Shown piece after piece: positions 16,303-26,698 of a stretch of 64,000 nucleotides of DNA. The translations under genes and the position numbers were made by a program. Positions within the stretch are counted from its first letter, which is position 1; each line of letters begins with the position of its first letter. Under the pieces are notes generated by a model. It saw only the letters and a program-made list of their open reading frames with translations, made no database searches and was not told the DNA's origin. Origin of the DNA: Patescibacteria group bacterium (GTDB lineage Bacteria > Patescibacteriota > Patescibacteriia > 2-02-FULL-49-11); assembly GCA_041645165.1 (NCBI GenBank), contig JBAZQN010000007.1:8318-72317 (forward strand). Direction: 5' to 3'.

Positions 16303-17451
16303 ATGGATCCTCTCGAACAACAACTTAAATCCCTGAATTCCTCGCCTGCGAGCGAGCCTGATCCGCAGTGGGTGGCGAGCGCGCGCACGAAACTTGCGTG
16401 GACGATGGAATATCCAGTACAAGGAGCGCTACCGCGCGCCACTCCCCTGCCGCGCCTGCGCTTCGGGCTGCGCAGAATATGGATGACGGTTTCAATATCG
16501 CTCCTCGTGGTGCTCCTCCTAGGGTCAGGCATCACGTACGCGGCGCAGGGCGTCATGCCGGATAACATCCTCTATCCGGTAAAAATTGCAAGCGAAGAAG
16601 TTCTCCTTGGCGTCACCAAAGATCCCGTACAACGCACCAACCTTGAACTGCGGCTTGCCAACCGCCGCGTTGACGAACTCCAAGCACTCTCGCAATCGGA
16701 AACATTAGACGCAGACATTGCAGCAGAACTGCACGCGCGTTACCAAAAGCATATCACTGAAGTCCTGCAGGCACTTCCCACCATACCCCAAGACAAAGTG
16801 CAAACGGTCACGGAAACGCTTTCCCAAGATACAGAAGAGCACGCGCGCATTACGCAAGAGCTGGATGTGCGCGCCTCATCCGAGATCAAAGGAGAAATCA
16901 AAGCATCGGTAAAGGCATCACTTGAGCAGATGCGGCAATTCACCGAAGAAACCTCGCGCGCCGCTCACTACTTGAAAGAAAAGAGCAACCGGCCTACGAA
17001 ATGGAAGGTGAAGGTTGAGACGAACACGACAGGCGAAGCCCATGTAAAAGTTGAGACCGAAATGGGGAATAATGAAAAAAAGGAAAAACGCGAAATAGAG
17101 TTTCGTGCCACGCCGGGAGTGCCGCTCACCGTGACCTCAACCTGGCCCATGATAAAGGAGCGGCGCGAGAAAAAAAATGACGAGGAAACTGAAGATCAAG
17201 AGCCCTCACGCGTGCGCGCCACCACAACGATAATATTTGACCTTGACCAAGCGACCACCACCGTGCCTTCAAACACCATTGAACAGCTTGAAAAGATGAA
17301 ACGTATCCTCAATAAAGGATCCTTCTTCCAGTTCCAGTCCGATATGAGCGCGGAGGGCGGCAGCGTCGAACAGCGCGTGGAAACCGATATTAAAGGACAA
17401 TCACACATCCGCGTTGATTCACAGGAGGATTCTCAAGAGGACGATGATTGA
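16303..17451 (+). CDS. putative anti-sigma factor (N-terminal anti-sigma region, single TM, periplasmic DUF5667-like domain)
   Basis: Immediately downstream of the ECF sigma gene. TM segment ISLLVVLLLGSGITYAA, then a coiled, charged periplasmic region with a pattern typical of DUF5667. Confidence 0.45.
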   Translation: MDPLEQQLKSLNSSPASEPDPQWVASARTKLAWTMEYPVQGALPRATPLPRLRFGLRRIWMTVSISLLVVLLLGSGITYAAQGVMPDNILYPVKIASEEVLLGVTKDPVQRTNLELRLANRRVDELQALSQSETLDADIAAELHARYQKHITEVLQALPTIPQDKVQTVTETLSQDTEEHARITQELDVRASSEIKGEIKASVKASLEQMRQFTEETSRAAHYLKEKSNRPTKWKVKVETNTTGEAHVKVETEMGNNEKKEKREIEFRATPGVPLTVTSTWPMIKERREKKNDEETEDQEPSRVRATTTIIFDLDQATTTVPSNTIEQLEKMKRILNKGSFFQFQSDMSAEGGSVEQRVETDIKGQSHIRVDSQEDSQEDDD

Positions 17452-17485
17452 ATTAAAAACCGTTATCATTAATCCAGGTTCAGCA

Positions 17486-17511
17486 CTGTAGCGTGGCAGT
17501 TTATCTGCCAC
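17486..17511. repeat. 26-bp element ctgtagcgtggcagtttatctgccac; its exact reverse complement is at 37879-37904
   Basis: Verified by reverse-complementing. It lies within a three-hairpin region (17486-17545). Confidence 0.8.
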
Positions 17512-17569
17512 AGAGGTGGTCGGAGACAAGCTCCGACGCTACAAAATGATCCAATACAATATAACAACA

Positions 17570-17630
17570 GCACCCCGCATTTGCGGGGTGCTGCCTGTTT
17601 ACCGCGGTACCGCGGCTTTCTTTCTTTTCT
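17570..17630. terminator. putative bidirectional terminator between the anti-sigma operon and the HU gene
   Basis: gcaccccgcatttgcggggtgc hairpin plus ccgcggtaccgcgg followed by CTTTCTTTCTTTTCT on the plus strand. A T-rich run follows the first hairpin on the minus strand. Confidence 0.4.
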
Positions 17631-17697
17631 CACACGGATTCCTCTACTTTCTAGGAATCCCTTGTGGTTAAAGGATATGTTCGCTTCACGCATTGTC

Positions 17698-17988
17698 CTA
17701 CTCTCCGAGGATGGAATCTTTTGCCGCTTTCGCGACCCGGAACTTCACCACGGTCTTTGCTTTGATCTGGATCTGCTCGCCGGTCGCGGGATTCCTTCCC
17801 ATGCGCGCGGGGCGGAATTTCTTCATGAGCTTGCCGACTCCCGGCAGGGTGACCTCTCCGGCCTTCTTCACCTCACCATACATGAGGCCCACGAGCGCGT
17901 CTACCACATTAGCTGCCTCTTTCTTGGTGTGCCCTGTCTTCTCCGCGAGCGCTTGAAGAAACTGAGTCTTCGTCATTGATTTACCCAT
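17698..17988 (-). CDS. hup: HU family DNA-binding protein
   Basis: 96 aa. GEVTLPGVGKL...RMGRNPATGEQIQI beta-arm signature. Confidence 0.85.
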   Translation of the reverse strand: MGKSMTKTQFLQALAEKTGHTKKEAANVVDALVGLMYGEVKKAGEVTLPGVGKLMKKFRPARMGRNPATGEQIQIKAKTVVKFRVAKAAKDSILGE

Positions 17989-18595
17989 AGTAGTATATGT
18001 TAACGATTGGTAATCCCAATCCTATTTTAAGAAGACCTTTGAGGTGCCTTCCGCCTATAACCCCGCAGAAGGGTGGGGATAAAATTATCTCGTACGTGGT
18101 TGAGTATAGCCCAAATGACAAATAATGTGAATATAACACAAGACAATTACCCGCTTTCGTGCGTGATAAAGGTCGCGTTTCGTAGCCAATTCCGCTAATA
18201 TTTTAGTGTACAAAAGCTCCATTTTCTGTTAAAATATACCCCGTTACATCCAATATCCAGGCTTTTAATAGTATACCTAATATGCCGCTTTCTACCCTTT
18301 ATTATAGAATATTAATAAATTTTAGGTAACGGGGTAAATAAGATTATTTCTCTTAAACAAGCCTAATTTATGCCCAGCTATACAACATCCAAGAGGGAGG
18401 AAGATATCTTTGGCTAAAGAATTACTATGATATATAAGAGAACCTATGGAGAACGTTAAGAAACGCTTATTGCCTCCCTCACCGACCGCCACACCAGCAC
18501 TTAACCTTATTATAAACATTCCATAATAATCGCATTCATTAACCACAAACATGCAACGTCATCCGTGTGTGGCGTTGGATGTTGATATACTGGGT

Positions 18596-20359
18596 ATGAA
18601 AAGAAAGGCTAAAATTATAACCACGATAATCATAATTGCGGCAGTCGGAAGCGCGGTAGGCATCTCTCTTGCAAGGCGCAAGAGCGCAGTCCCCTATCTC
18701 ACCGAAAAGGCATCAAGGGACAGCCTTGCGCAAACCGTATCCGCATCGGGAAAGGTGAAATCATCCACCGATGTGCTGCTTTCATTTTCGCAAAGCGGAC
18801 GCGTGGCGTCGATCAAAGTAAAAGAGGGAGACAGGGTGGAGGAAGGGCAGCTGCTCCTGGCCTTAGACCCTTCAGAGGCTGAAGCGCGGGTAGACGAGTC
18901 CTTAGCGTCAGTGGCCGCCGCACGCGCTGACTATGACAAATTAATGGCAGGCGCATCACTCACCGAACGGTACCTTGCATCTGTCGCCGAAAAAAACACG
19001 CGCAACAACCTCGCGCAGGCGCGCATCCGCACGGAGGCGGATATCGCAAAAGCGGCTCAAGCGCTTGAAGAGGCGCGTACTGCCGTGAGCGCGTCAGAGA
19101 CAAACCTTCAGGAAGACCTTGCGGCGAAACTCACCGATGCGAAAACCGCGGCCGATACTGCGGAAAAAAAGACGCAGGGAGCCATGAACACCCTCGAGGA
19201 AATATATGACTCCGGAAATGATTTTAATTCTTACTTCACCATAAATAATACGGAAGCAAAAGAGAACGCGAAAAGCGCGAAAAGCGCTGCAGACAGCGCA
19301 TGGAGCCGATTCTCCTCTTCCCTTTCTTTGTTCCGCAACGCGCCCACGGAAGTGGCGGTCCACCAGTGGTTCCCCCGCTTAATTGAAGACCTCTCAATAA
19401 TGCGGATCTCCGTCTCCAAAACAAGTCTGGCGCTCAACGACGCCACGGTGAGCTCAAGCGCGCCAAAAACACTCACCACCTACCGCGCGGATATTGCGAG
19501 CGCCTGGACTGACCTCAACGCCTCCATCGCGGACCTCAATGACGCGGACATCGACCTTACCACCGCGCGCTTGAACGGCGAAGCTGCTTTAAAACTCAAA
19601 AAAGCGGCAGCCTCCACCGCGGAAGAAACACTTCAAGTGACCAAGGCGCAGGCGCAAACCACCCTTACCCAGGCAGAGGGAGATTTAAGAACTGCGGAAG
19701 CACAAAACCAGAAAACCATTGCGCCGCCCACCAAAGAGGAATCTGCGCTCTTAATCGCGCGGCTCGGGGAAGCGCAAGCATCCCTTGCCACGACGCAGGA
19801 TGCCCTTGAAAAAACGACAATGAAGAGCCCCCTAAAAGGCATTATTACCAATGTGGAAGTAAAAGTAGGCGAAACCGTATCGCCCGCCGTGACGGTCATC
19901 CGCCTCCTCACGGAAAACGCCCTTGAAATTTCCGTACAAACGCCGGAGTCGGACATCCCAAAATTGCAGATGAATGATAAGGCCGATATCACCCTTGACG
20001 CGTTTGGCAGCGCTACTGTCTTCGCGGGAAAAATCCGCTTTATCAATCCGGCAGAAACCATCATCGAAGGCGTGGTGTACTATGAAGTAACCGTCGCGTT
20101 TGATAACGCTGTTCCTGAAATCAAGCCGGGCATGAGCGCAGATGTTATCATGCATACTGATGAACGCAATAATGTCCTCACGGTTCCCTTGCGCGCCGTG
20201 AAGGAAAAAGACGGCATAAACTTCGTGGAAATACTCAATGGCGCATCCCTCGAGCAGAGAGAGGTTTCACTCGGCTTGCGCGGCGACGGCGGAAGGGTCG
20301 AGATCGCCAGCGGCCTCAAGGAAGGAGAGCTCGTGATCATTGGAACCAAAAAGAAATAA
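18596..20359 (+). CDS. HlyD/MacA-type periplasmic adaptor (membrane fusion protein) with an extended coiled-coil
   Basis: N-terminal TM anchor (MKRKAKIITTIIIIAAV), a biotinyl-lipoyl-like segment (GKVKSSTDVLLSFSQSGRVASIKVKEGDRVEEGQLLLALD), a very long Ala/Glu-rich coiled-coil, and a C-terminal beta-barrel. The ORF could instead start at 18551. Confidence 0.7.
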   Translation: MKRKAKIITTIIIIAAVGSAVGISLARRKSAVPYLTEKASRDSLAQTVSASGKVKSSTDVLLSFSQSGRVASIKVKEGDRVEEGQLLLALDPSEAEARVDESLASVAAARADYDKLMAGASLTERYLASVAEKNTRNNLAQARIRTEADIAKAAQALEEARTAVSASETNLQEDLAAKLTDAKTAADTAEKKTQGAMNTLEEIYDSGNDFNSYFTINNTEAKENAKSAKSAADSAWSRFSSSLSLFRNAPTEVAVHQWFPRLIEDLSIMRISVSKTSLALNDATVSSSAPKTLTTYRADIASAWTDLNASIADLNDADIDLTTARLNGEAALKLKKAAASTAEETLQVTKAQAQTTLTQAEGDLRTAEAQNQKTIAPPTKEESALLIARLGEAQASLATTQDALEKTTMKSPLKGIITNVEVKVGETVSPAVTVIRLLTENALEISVQTPESDIPKLQMNDKADITLDAFGSATVFAGKIRFINPAETIIEGVVYYEVTVAFDNAVPEIKPGMSADVIMHTDERNNVLTVPLRAVKEKDGINFVEILNGASLEQREVSLGLRGDGGRVEIASGLKEGELVIIGTKKK

Positions 20360-20488
20360 CCAAGTGCATAAATCCCAAATCCCAATTTCCAATGACCAAT
20401 AAAATCCCAATGTTTCAATGATCAAGTTTGGACATTTGGATTTTGAGCTTTATTGGGAATTGGGATTTGGACATTGGGATTTTCTCTT

Positions 20489-21196
20489 ATGCTCATTGAT
20501 GTCCGTAATCTCTCTAAAACTTACGTGAACGACGAAGTGGAAACTCCCGTCCTCTTCAACCTCTCCTTTTCAATTCAGAACGGAGAGTTTGTGGCTATTA
20601 TGGGGCCTTCAGGCTCCGGCAAATCCACGCTTATGCACATCCTCGGGTTCCTTGACCGCCCCACCAAGGGCACCTATTCGTTTCTCGGCGAGAATACGGC
20701 GCAATTCAGCGACACGGATCTCGCGGCATTGAGGAACAAAAAAATTGGCTTCGTGTTCCAGTCATTCAATCTTCTGCCACGCACCAAGGTGCTTGAGAAC
20801 GTCATCCTCCCTCTTGAATATACGAACCGCAAGGATAAAATAGAAGCTTCTCAAAACGCCCTCCGCGCAGTCGGGCTCGAGCACCGTATGGGGCACTACT
20901 CCAACCAGCTCTCGGGCGGCGAGAAGCAGCGGGTGGCGATCGCGCGGGCCTTGGTCAATGATCCTGACATTATTTTTGCCGACGAGCCGACCGGCAACCT
21001 GGATTCAAAATCAGGCCAACAAGTGATGGAAATCCTCCAAAAACTGAATGAACGAGGCAAAACCATCATACTGGTCACCCATGAACAGTACACCGCGGGA
21101 ATGGCCAAAAGGATCATAAAGATGCACGATGGCGCGATCATCGCCGATGAACAGGTGGAGCAGCGGCTGATGGCGGCAGACGGACTCATCAAATGA
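20489..21196 (+). CDS. ABC transporter ATP-binding protein (MacB/LolD type)
   Basis: Walker [10 protein letters not shown], signature [15 protein letters not shown] and Walker [13 protein letters not shown]. Confidence 0.85.
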   Translation: MLIDVRNLSKTYVNDEVETPVLFNLSFSIQNGEFVAIMGPSGSGKSTLMHILGFLDRPTKGTYSFLGENTAQFSDTDLAALRNKKIGFVFQSFNLLPRTKVLENVILPLEYTNRKDKIEASQNALRAVGLEHRMGHYSNQLSGGEKQRVAIARALVNDPDIIFADEPTGNLDSKSGQQVMEILQKLNERGKTIILVTHEQYTAGMAKRIIKMHDGAIIADEQVEQRLMAADGLIK

Positions 21197-21334
21197 GAAA
21201 TCCCAAACCCCAATGTCCAATTCCCAATAAAATCCCAACTCCAAAAATCCCAATTTGGCATTTGTCATTTAATCATTATTGGTCATTGGTCATTCATTTG
21301 ACATTGGGATTTTGACATTTGGATTTCTATTTCT

Positions 21335-22564
21335 ATGTTTTTCTCCCCCATTAAATCCTCTATTAAAATCCTCCGAAAGAGCCGCAACCGGACTTTTTTA
21401 TCCATACTCGGGATTGTCATCGGCATTGCCGCCGTCATTATTATCATGTCCGTGGGCGCGGGCGCGCAAAGCCTCATCTTCAACCAAATCACGTCCGTCG
21501 GATCCAATCTCATCGGGGTGCTGCCCGGCTACAGCGACGAAGAAGGGCCGCCCGCGTCAATCATGGGCATCGCGGTGACCACCCTCAAACATGAGGACGC
21601 ACTGGCGCTAAAAAAAATTACGGGAGTGGAGGCGGTGACGAGCTACGTGCGCGGCATTGAGAGCATCCAGTGGCAGAACCAAACAACGGACGCCACCTAC
21701 ATCGGCACTACTGCCGAATACCCGCAGGTGGAATCGGCTGATATGGAGATAGGCGATTTCTTTGACGCATCAAGCGAAACCGGCATCGCGCGCGTCGCAG
21801 TCCTCGGCTGGCAAGTCTGGCAGGAACTCTTCGGCGACCAAAGCCCCGTAGGAGAAACCATACGGATAAAAAGCGAACAGTTTCGCGTCATCGGCGTGAT
21901 AGAGAAAAAAGGGGTGCAGGGATTTGAAAACAAAGATATGCAAGTGTTTATTCCCCTCGAGACTGCGCAAAAACTCATGCTGGGGATCCGCCATGTCAAT
22001 ATGATTCGCATCAAGGTGGTGAGCGATGAAATGGTGTCCACCGCACTCGACCAGACCAAAGCAATCCTAAGAGAGCGCCACCGCCTCACCGGCACGATGC
22101 CTGACGACTTCACGGCGCGCGCGGCAACCCAAGCGCTTGATTCGCTCGGCCAGATCACCAATGCGTTGAAATTTTTCCTGGCGGGGATCGCCGCCATCTC
22201 CCTTTTGGTGGGCGGCGTAGGCATAATGAATATCATGCTGATTGCCGTCAATGAGCGGATGAGGGAAATCGGACTTCGCAAAGCAGTAGGCGCCACCAAT
22301 AGCAACATCCAGACACAATTTTTATCGGAAGCCTTGGTGCTCACGGTAGTGGGTGGTGTCATTGGCATTATCGTGGGCGCCGCGGTGTCCGCGCTCGTGG
22401 CGCTCGTGGCAAATTACCTTGGCTACCAATGGCAATATGTGGTCACCCTCTCATCGATTGTGCTTGGTGTTGGCTTTTCCGGCATGGTGGGCATCGTGTT
22501 CGGCTGGTATCCTGCCCGACGGGCATCAAAACTCGAACCCGTGGAAGCGCTGAGATATGAATAA
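21335..22564 (+). CDS. ABC transporter permease, FtsX/MacB family
   Basis: N-terminal TM, a large periplasmic domain, and a C-terminal FtsX 4-TM domain (GIRKAVGATNSNI...). Confidence 0.8.
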   Translation: MFFSPIKSSIKILRKSRNRTFLSILGIVIGIAAVIIIMSVGAGAQSLIFNQITSVGSNLIGVLPGYSDEEGPPASIMGIAVTTLKHEDALALKKITGVEAVTSYVRGIESIQWQNQTTDATYIGTTAEYPQVESADMEIGDFFDASSETGIARVAVLGWQVWQELFGDQSPVGETIRIKSEQFRVIGVIEKKGVQGFENKDMQVFIPLETAQKLMLGIRHVNMIRIKVVSDEMVSTALDQTKAILRERHRLTGTMPDDFTARAATQALDSLGQITNALKFFLAGIAAISLLVGGVGIMNIMLIAVNERMREIGLRKAVGATNSNIQTQFLSEALVLTVVGGVIGIIVGAAVSALVALVANYLGYQWQYVVTLSSIVLGVGFSGMVGIVFGWYPARRASKLEPVEALRYE

Positions 22565-22796
22565 TTCAAATCCATAATTTTCAAGGTTCAATTTTGCAAT
22601 TTTTCCCCCGACTTGTCGGGGGATCCCGCTGCGGCGGGACAATCAATGTTACAATGATCCAATTTTCCAATGTTTGAAAATTGTCGCATTGAAAATTATT
22701 TGAAAATTGAGCACTGGGAATTGAAAATTATCAAGGTTGGGATTTATTTGGACACTGGACATTGGAATTTGGAAATTGAAATACACTCATTACTTT

Positions 22797-24047
22797 ATGA
22801 CTCTCCTCTCTCCCCTCTCCATCTCCTACCGCACCTTGAAGGCCCACAAAGTGAGATCGCTGCTCACGGTACTTGGCCTCATGATCGGTGTCATGTCAAT
22901 CATTCTCGTCATGAACATGGGGCAGGGCATCAAGCATTTCGTATTAAGCGAAGCATCGGCCTTTGGTACCGATTTTATCCAAATTGAAATCAAGGTGCCT
23001 TCCACGAAACATACCTCCAGCGAAAACGCCATGGGGCTCGCCCAGGGCATTACCATCACGACGCTGAAGATAAAAGACGCGGAACAGATAGCGAAACACC
23101 CTAATATCAAAGGCTATTACGCGAACCAAATGGGTCAGGAGATTGTGAGCACTGACATGGATGATAAAACGGCGATGCTCTGGGGTGTGTCAGCGCAGTT
23201 TTTTGGCCTGTATCAAGCGCAGGTGGCAGAAGGCCGCCCTTTTACCGATGAAGAAGACAAATCCCAGGAACAAGTGGCGGTCATCGGCACCGCTTTAAAA
23301 AAAACATTATTCAATGATGATGCCGCGCTCGGCAAGAAGATAAAAGTGGGAACGACGAAATTTACCGTCATCGGCGTCATGGAGGAGCAAGGAAGCTACT
23401 TTGGGTTCCTTGATATGGATAATATAGTCTTCTTGCCAGTGAGAACCCTGCAGAAAAAAATTATGGGCATTGACCACCTCCAGTCCATCACCGCATATTT
23501 GAAAGACCCTAATCTCGCGCATGCCACCGCAGAAGACATAACCGGCATCCTGCGTGAACAGCACGCGATTACTGATCCTAAAAAGGACGACTTTTCGGTC
23601 ACCACCATGGATGATGCGCTTGCCATGATCAACACCATCAGCGGCGGCATCACGCTCTTGCTTGTCGCGATCGCCGCCATCTCCCTTTTGGTGGGCGGCG
23701 TGGGCATCATGAACGTGATGTATGTGTCGGTGTCAGAGCGCACGTATGAAATAGGGCTGCGCAAGGCGGTGGGAGCGACAGAAAAAGCAATCCTTTGGCA
23801 ATTTTTATGGGAAGCGATTTTCTTGACATTTTCCGGAGGGCTTGTCGGCGTGACCTTAGGCACGCTCCAAAGTTTCGCCGTCACCTATGCGGCAAGGTAT
23901 GCAGGAATTGACTGGGGCTTCCAATTTTCCTGGGGAGGCGTGGCGCTCGCGGTATGTTTTTCCGTGGTGGTCGGCCTCATCTTCGGCATTTATCCCGCGC
24001 GCAAAGCATCCCGCATGCAGCCAGTCGAAGCCCTAAGGCAAGAATAA
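22797..24047 (+). CDS. second ABC transporter permease, FtsX/MacB family
   Basis: Same architecture (GLRKAVGATEKAI...). The internal ATG at 22797 is preferred because the annotated upstream region lies in a repeat. Confidence 0.8.
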   Translation: MTLLSPLSISYRTLKAHKVRSLLTVLGLMIGVMSIILVMNMGQGIKHFVLSEASAFGTDFIQIEIKVPSTKHTSSENAMGLAQGITITTLKIKDAEQIAKHPNIKGYYANQMGQEIVSTDMDDKTAMLWGVSAQFFGLYQAQVAEGRPFTDEEDKSQEQVAVIGTALKKTLFNDDAALGKKIKVGTTKFTVIGVMEEQGSYFGFLDMDNIVFLPVRTLQKKIMGIDHLQSITAYLKDPNLAHATAEDITGILREQHAITDPKKDDFSVTTMDDALAMINTISGGITLLLVAIAAISLLVGGVGIMNVMYVSVSERTYEIGLRKAVGATEKAILWQFLWEAIFLTFSGGLVGVTLGTLQSFAVTYAARYAGIDWGFQFSWGGVALAVCFSVVVGLIFGIYPARKASRMQPVEALRQE

Positions 24048-24107
24048 TTTTCAAGGCAAAAATAAAAACCATATCATACCCTGATATGGCATCTTGTTCC
24101 GTTAAAA

Positions 24108-24202
24108 CTATTCACCTATTTCCGCCATAGGCGGACAAGCGCGCCTGCCCCGCTCGCCACGTTGCATAACTGTGGCCGCATGGCTGGGGCGAATTAGAGA
24201 AG
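24108..24202. repeat. ~95-bp direct repeat, copy 1 (ctattcacctatttccgccataggcggac...ggctggggcgaattagagaag)
   Basis: About 95% identical to 26699-26792. It contains the hairpins ccgccataggcgg and gcccc..gccac..gtggc..ggggc. Confidence 0.85.
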
Positions 24203-24222
24203 GTAAATGAAATAATTCGTGT

Positions 24223-24990
24223 TTATTTGGTTTTCTCATCCCTTCCCAGCGATTCCCACAGTGACCAAAATAAGAAACACAAAATTTGCGCAATTGGTAC
24301 ACTCTCAATCACTATCGCTTGTGGTACTTTCTCAAACGAGACCAGGACAATTTTATCACCACAGAGACAGAAGATGGAATTGAACGTAATTGGTTTAGAC
24401 AAAAAGCGATACTCGCGGAATAACGTGTCGCCTTCCTGAAACCGTTTCTCACTAATCAAATTACGATCGGTAATCGCATAGAGCTTTGACCCACCAATCT
24501 GGCGGCGTTTTTTTGTAAATTTTTTAAGGATCTGCGCCAACGTCGTGTGTGCAAGTACTGTATTTCCCGAGTACACAAAAAGAAGATCATGCCGATCATG
24601 GAGGAGCTCGCTCCCCAGTTTCCACAGAGACATCACGCCTTCATATATTCTCACGTGCGGCATCGTCGCCGGAGACGCGGCAGCGAGTGCTTGCAATCGC
24701 GGCAAAGCTTTCATAAGGCTATTTTCTTTTGCTTCAATTTCAGCCTTCTGCGCGCGGACAAGTTTTAACAATTCTTCCGGATCGACCGCGCTGTAAGCTT
24801 TCTTGCCCTTTTTAACGCTCACTTCGATAACCCCAAGCTTAATGAGTCGCTCCAAGCAAAAATACACAGTGGGACGTTTAATACCCGAAATTTGGCTGAT
24901 TTCCCTAACTTCACTCGCTCCAAGCTTAAGCAAGGTGGTAAAGATACTTGCCTCTTTCTGTGATAATCCCAATTTTTCTAGAATTTTCAT
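24223..24990 (-). CDS. TrmB-family transcriptional regulator
   Basis: N-terminal wHTH (LSQKEASIFTTLLKLGASEVREISQISGIKRPTVYFCLERLIKLGVI) and a TrmB-like C-terminal domain. The annotated ORF begins at a TTG (25017); the first ATG (24990) is preferred. Confidence 0.6.
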   Translation of the reverse strand: MKILEKLGLSQKEASIFTTLLKLGASEVREISQISGIKRPTVYFCLERLIKLGVIEVSVKKGKKAYSAVDPEELLKLVRAQKAEIEAKENSLMKALPRLQALAAASPATMPHVRIYEGVMSLWKLGSELLHDRHDLLFVYSGNTVLAHTTLAQILKKFTKKRRQIGGSKLYAITDRNLISEKRFQEGDTLFREYRFLSKPITFNSIFCLCGDKIVLVSFEKVPQAIVIESVPIAQILCFLFWSLWESLGRDEKTK

Positions 24991-25225
24991 ATTTCTGTTA
25001 GTAACCGCTGACAACATTGATATCTTATTCTTTTGCTTAAATTAGTCAAATTTTCCGTGCCTTGTCCATGTAATGAAAAAATATTTCAGTACCTATTGTT
25101 AATAGAGCAGCAATGGAAGAAGCTGATAGTGATAAATTCACAACATTCTGTCATTCCGGACCTGATCCGGAGAATCCAGAAAAACAAATCACGTCAAATG
25201 AACCTTAACAAAAGGAGATGAGAAA

Positions 25226-26593
25226 ATGAAAAAGAGAGTATTGTTTTTGCAATTCACGATCGGTACACTAGACCGTGGATATTGGAATCCTCTTGGTTTG
25301 GCTCCGCATGATTATTTCTACGCGGAGCCAGGTGTCGCTTGGGTGGCACAAGCGATCGCGGCCGACCACGAAGTCCAAGTGATCGACTGCGACTTCTTGA
25401 ACGATGAGGAAGTGTTGTCCTCAATCGCCCAATTTGGTCCCAATATCGTCGGATTTTCCTGCTTCACCGCAGGATATCCACGAGCACAGAGGATTACCTG
25501 GTTAATTAATTCGGCAATTGTGAAACTTTGGGGCGGTTGGCACGCATCAATGATCTCGGCGCAAGTGCTCGCGGAGAACCCAAATTCTATCGTAGTCAAG
25601 GGAAGAGGCGAGGGAGTTATTCGAGATATCGTGAATTCGCCCCGGCACTACACCGGAACAATTATCGATGGGAACGCGATTCCAGCGCCGCGACATTATC
25701 CCTTCTCCGTGGTTACGCGGACGCCGTATTTTAAATTCTTCGGCGTTCCACCGGAACAAAAAACAGCTTCTGTCGTTATTTGCGGAGGCTGCACTTTAGG
25801 GTGCAGCTATTGCCCATCGGCCAGATCTGGTCTCGGGTTTATGCGATCCCCTGAAGATATCATTCACGAAGTAATACAGCTCGAAGAACGAGGAGTCAAC
25901 TTTATCTTTGTTCGAGATGAAAATCCCTTCCTCCTCAAGTTTCGACCATGGTTGCTCCGCTTCTGTGATCTCGCCGAACGAACAATTCGTGGACGGGTTC
26001 AATTCCATTCATTCGGCGACGCACGCTTTGTCGACACAGAACTCGTTCAAGCACTGGCAGGAGCAGGATGGAGCGGTTTGGATATCGGGATAGAACACAT
26101 CACCGCTGCGGGTCGCAAACGCTTAGGAAGAAAACAGGACTGGTGGAAAACCGTCGAGGCGTTCGAAATGATGAAGAATAAGGGTTTATTTTTGACCGCA
26201 AATTTCATTGTCTGGGCTCCTGGAGATACTCTTAAAACATTTAACCAAACACTACTGGGTCTTAAGGAACTCCGACCTGACGAATTACTGCCGCTATTTT
26301 TCACTCCTTTACCAGGATTGGCCGATGGCAAGTTTGACAGTCTTCCAAGGCGAACCCAACGATTGGAGGATTTTCATTTTTTAAAACCAATTCTGGTAAA
26401 TGACGCACAAGTAACCGATGAGGAGCTCATCGTACAGAGGAAACTCCTCATGCGAAATTATTACTCTTCATCTGAATATATAGCTTTAATGAAATTCCGA
26501 AGACGACAATTCGGAGACCAGCGGTTCAAGAATCTCACCGCCATCCGCCGGCAAAGGTTCTTGAAATACGGCATTGATCTATGGAACCTTTAG
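25226..26593 (+). CDS. B12-binding-domain radical SAM enzyme (class B rSAM family)
   Basis: N-terminal cobalamin-binding Rossmann-like domain and the CxxxCxxC motif CTLGCSYC in the radical SAM core. Strong RBS aaaaggag. Confidence 0.7.
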   Translation: MKKRVLFLQFTIGTLDRGYWNPLGLAPHDYFYAEPGVAWVAQAIAADHEVQVIDCDFLNDEEVLSSIAQFGPNIVGFSCFTAGYPRAQRITWLINSAIVKLWGGWHASMISAQVLAENPNSIVVKGRGEGVIRDIVNSPRHYTGTIIDGNAIPAPRHYPFSVVTRTPYFKFFGVPPEQKTASVVICGGCTLGCSYCPSARSGLGFMRSPEDIIHEVIQLEERGVNFIFVRDENPFLLKFRPWLLRFCDLAERTIRGRVQFHSFGDARFVDTELVQALAGAGWSGLDIGIEHITAAGRKRLGRKQDWWKTVEAFEMMKNKGLFLTANFIVWAPGDTLKTFNQTLLGLKELRPDELLPLFFTPLPGLADGKFDSLPRRTQRLEDFHFLKPILVNDAQVTDEELIVQRKLLMRNYYSSSEYIALMKFRRRQFGDQRFKNLTAIRRQRFLKYGIDLWNL

Positions 26594-26602
26594 TAAAAAA
26601 CG

Positions 26603-26636
26603 TCCGCATATAGTACGATCGTATTATAGACGGACG
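26603..26636. repeat. near-perfect 34-bp palindrome gtccgcatatagtacgatcgtattatagacggac, sharing the ACGATCGT core
   Basis: Its reverse complement differs at a few positions. It has the same architecture as the CACGATCGTG family (GC-rich outer arms, AT-rich inner arms). Confidence 0.6.
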
Positions 26637-26650
26637 TTTCCTAAACAGCA

Positions 26651-26688
26651 AAGACCGCTACAATATACGCAGCGGTCTTATTTTTTAC
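26651..26688 (+). terminator. intrinsic terminator after the rSAM gene
   Basis: agaccgctacaatatacgcagcggtct hairpin followed by TATTTTTT. Confidence 0.55.
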
Positions 26689-26698
26689 ACTATTCCCC

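Noticed and set aside
18322-18552. 76-aa minus-strand ORF upstream of the MacA-like gene
   Set aside because: It lies in AT-rich leader DNA, has no RBS and an implausible composition.
25033-25221. 62-aa ORF immediately upstream of the radical SAM gene, considered as a RiPP precursor
   Set aside because: It begins with TTG and has no RBS. It fills the entire 208-bp divergent promoter region between TrmB and the rSAM gene. Its product is K/R-rich low complexity without a leader or core pattern.
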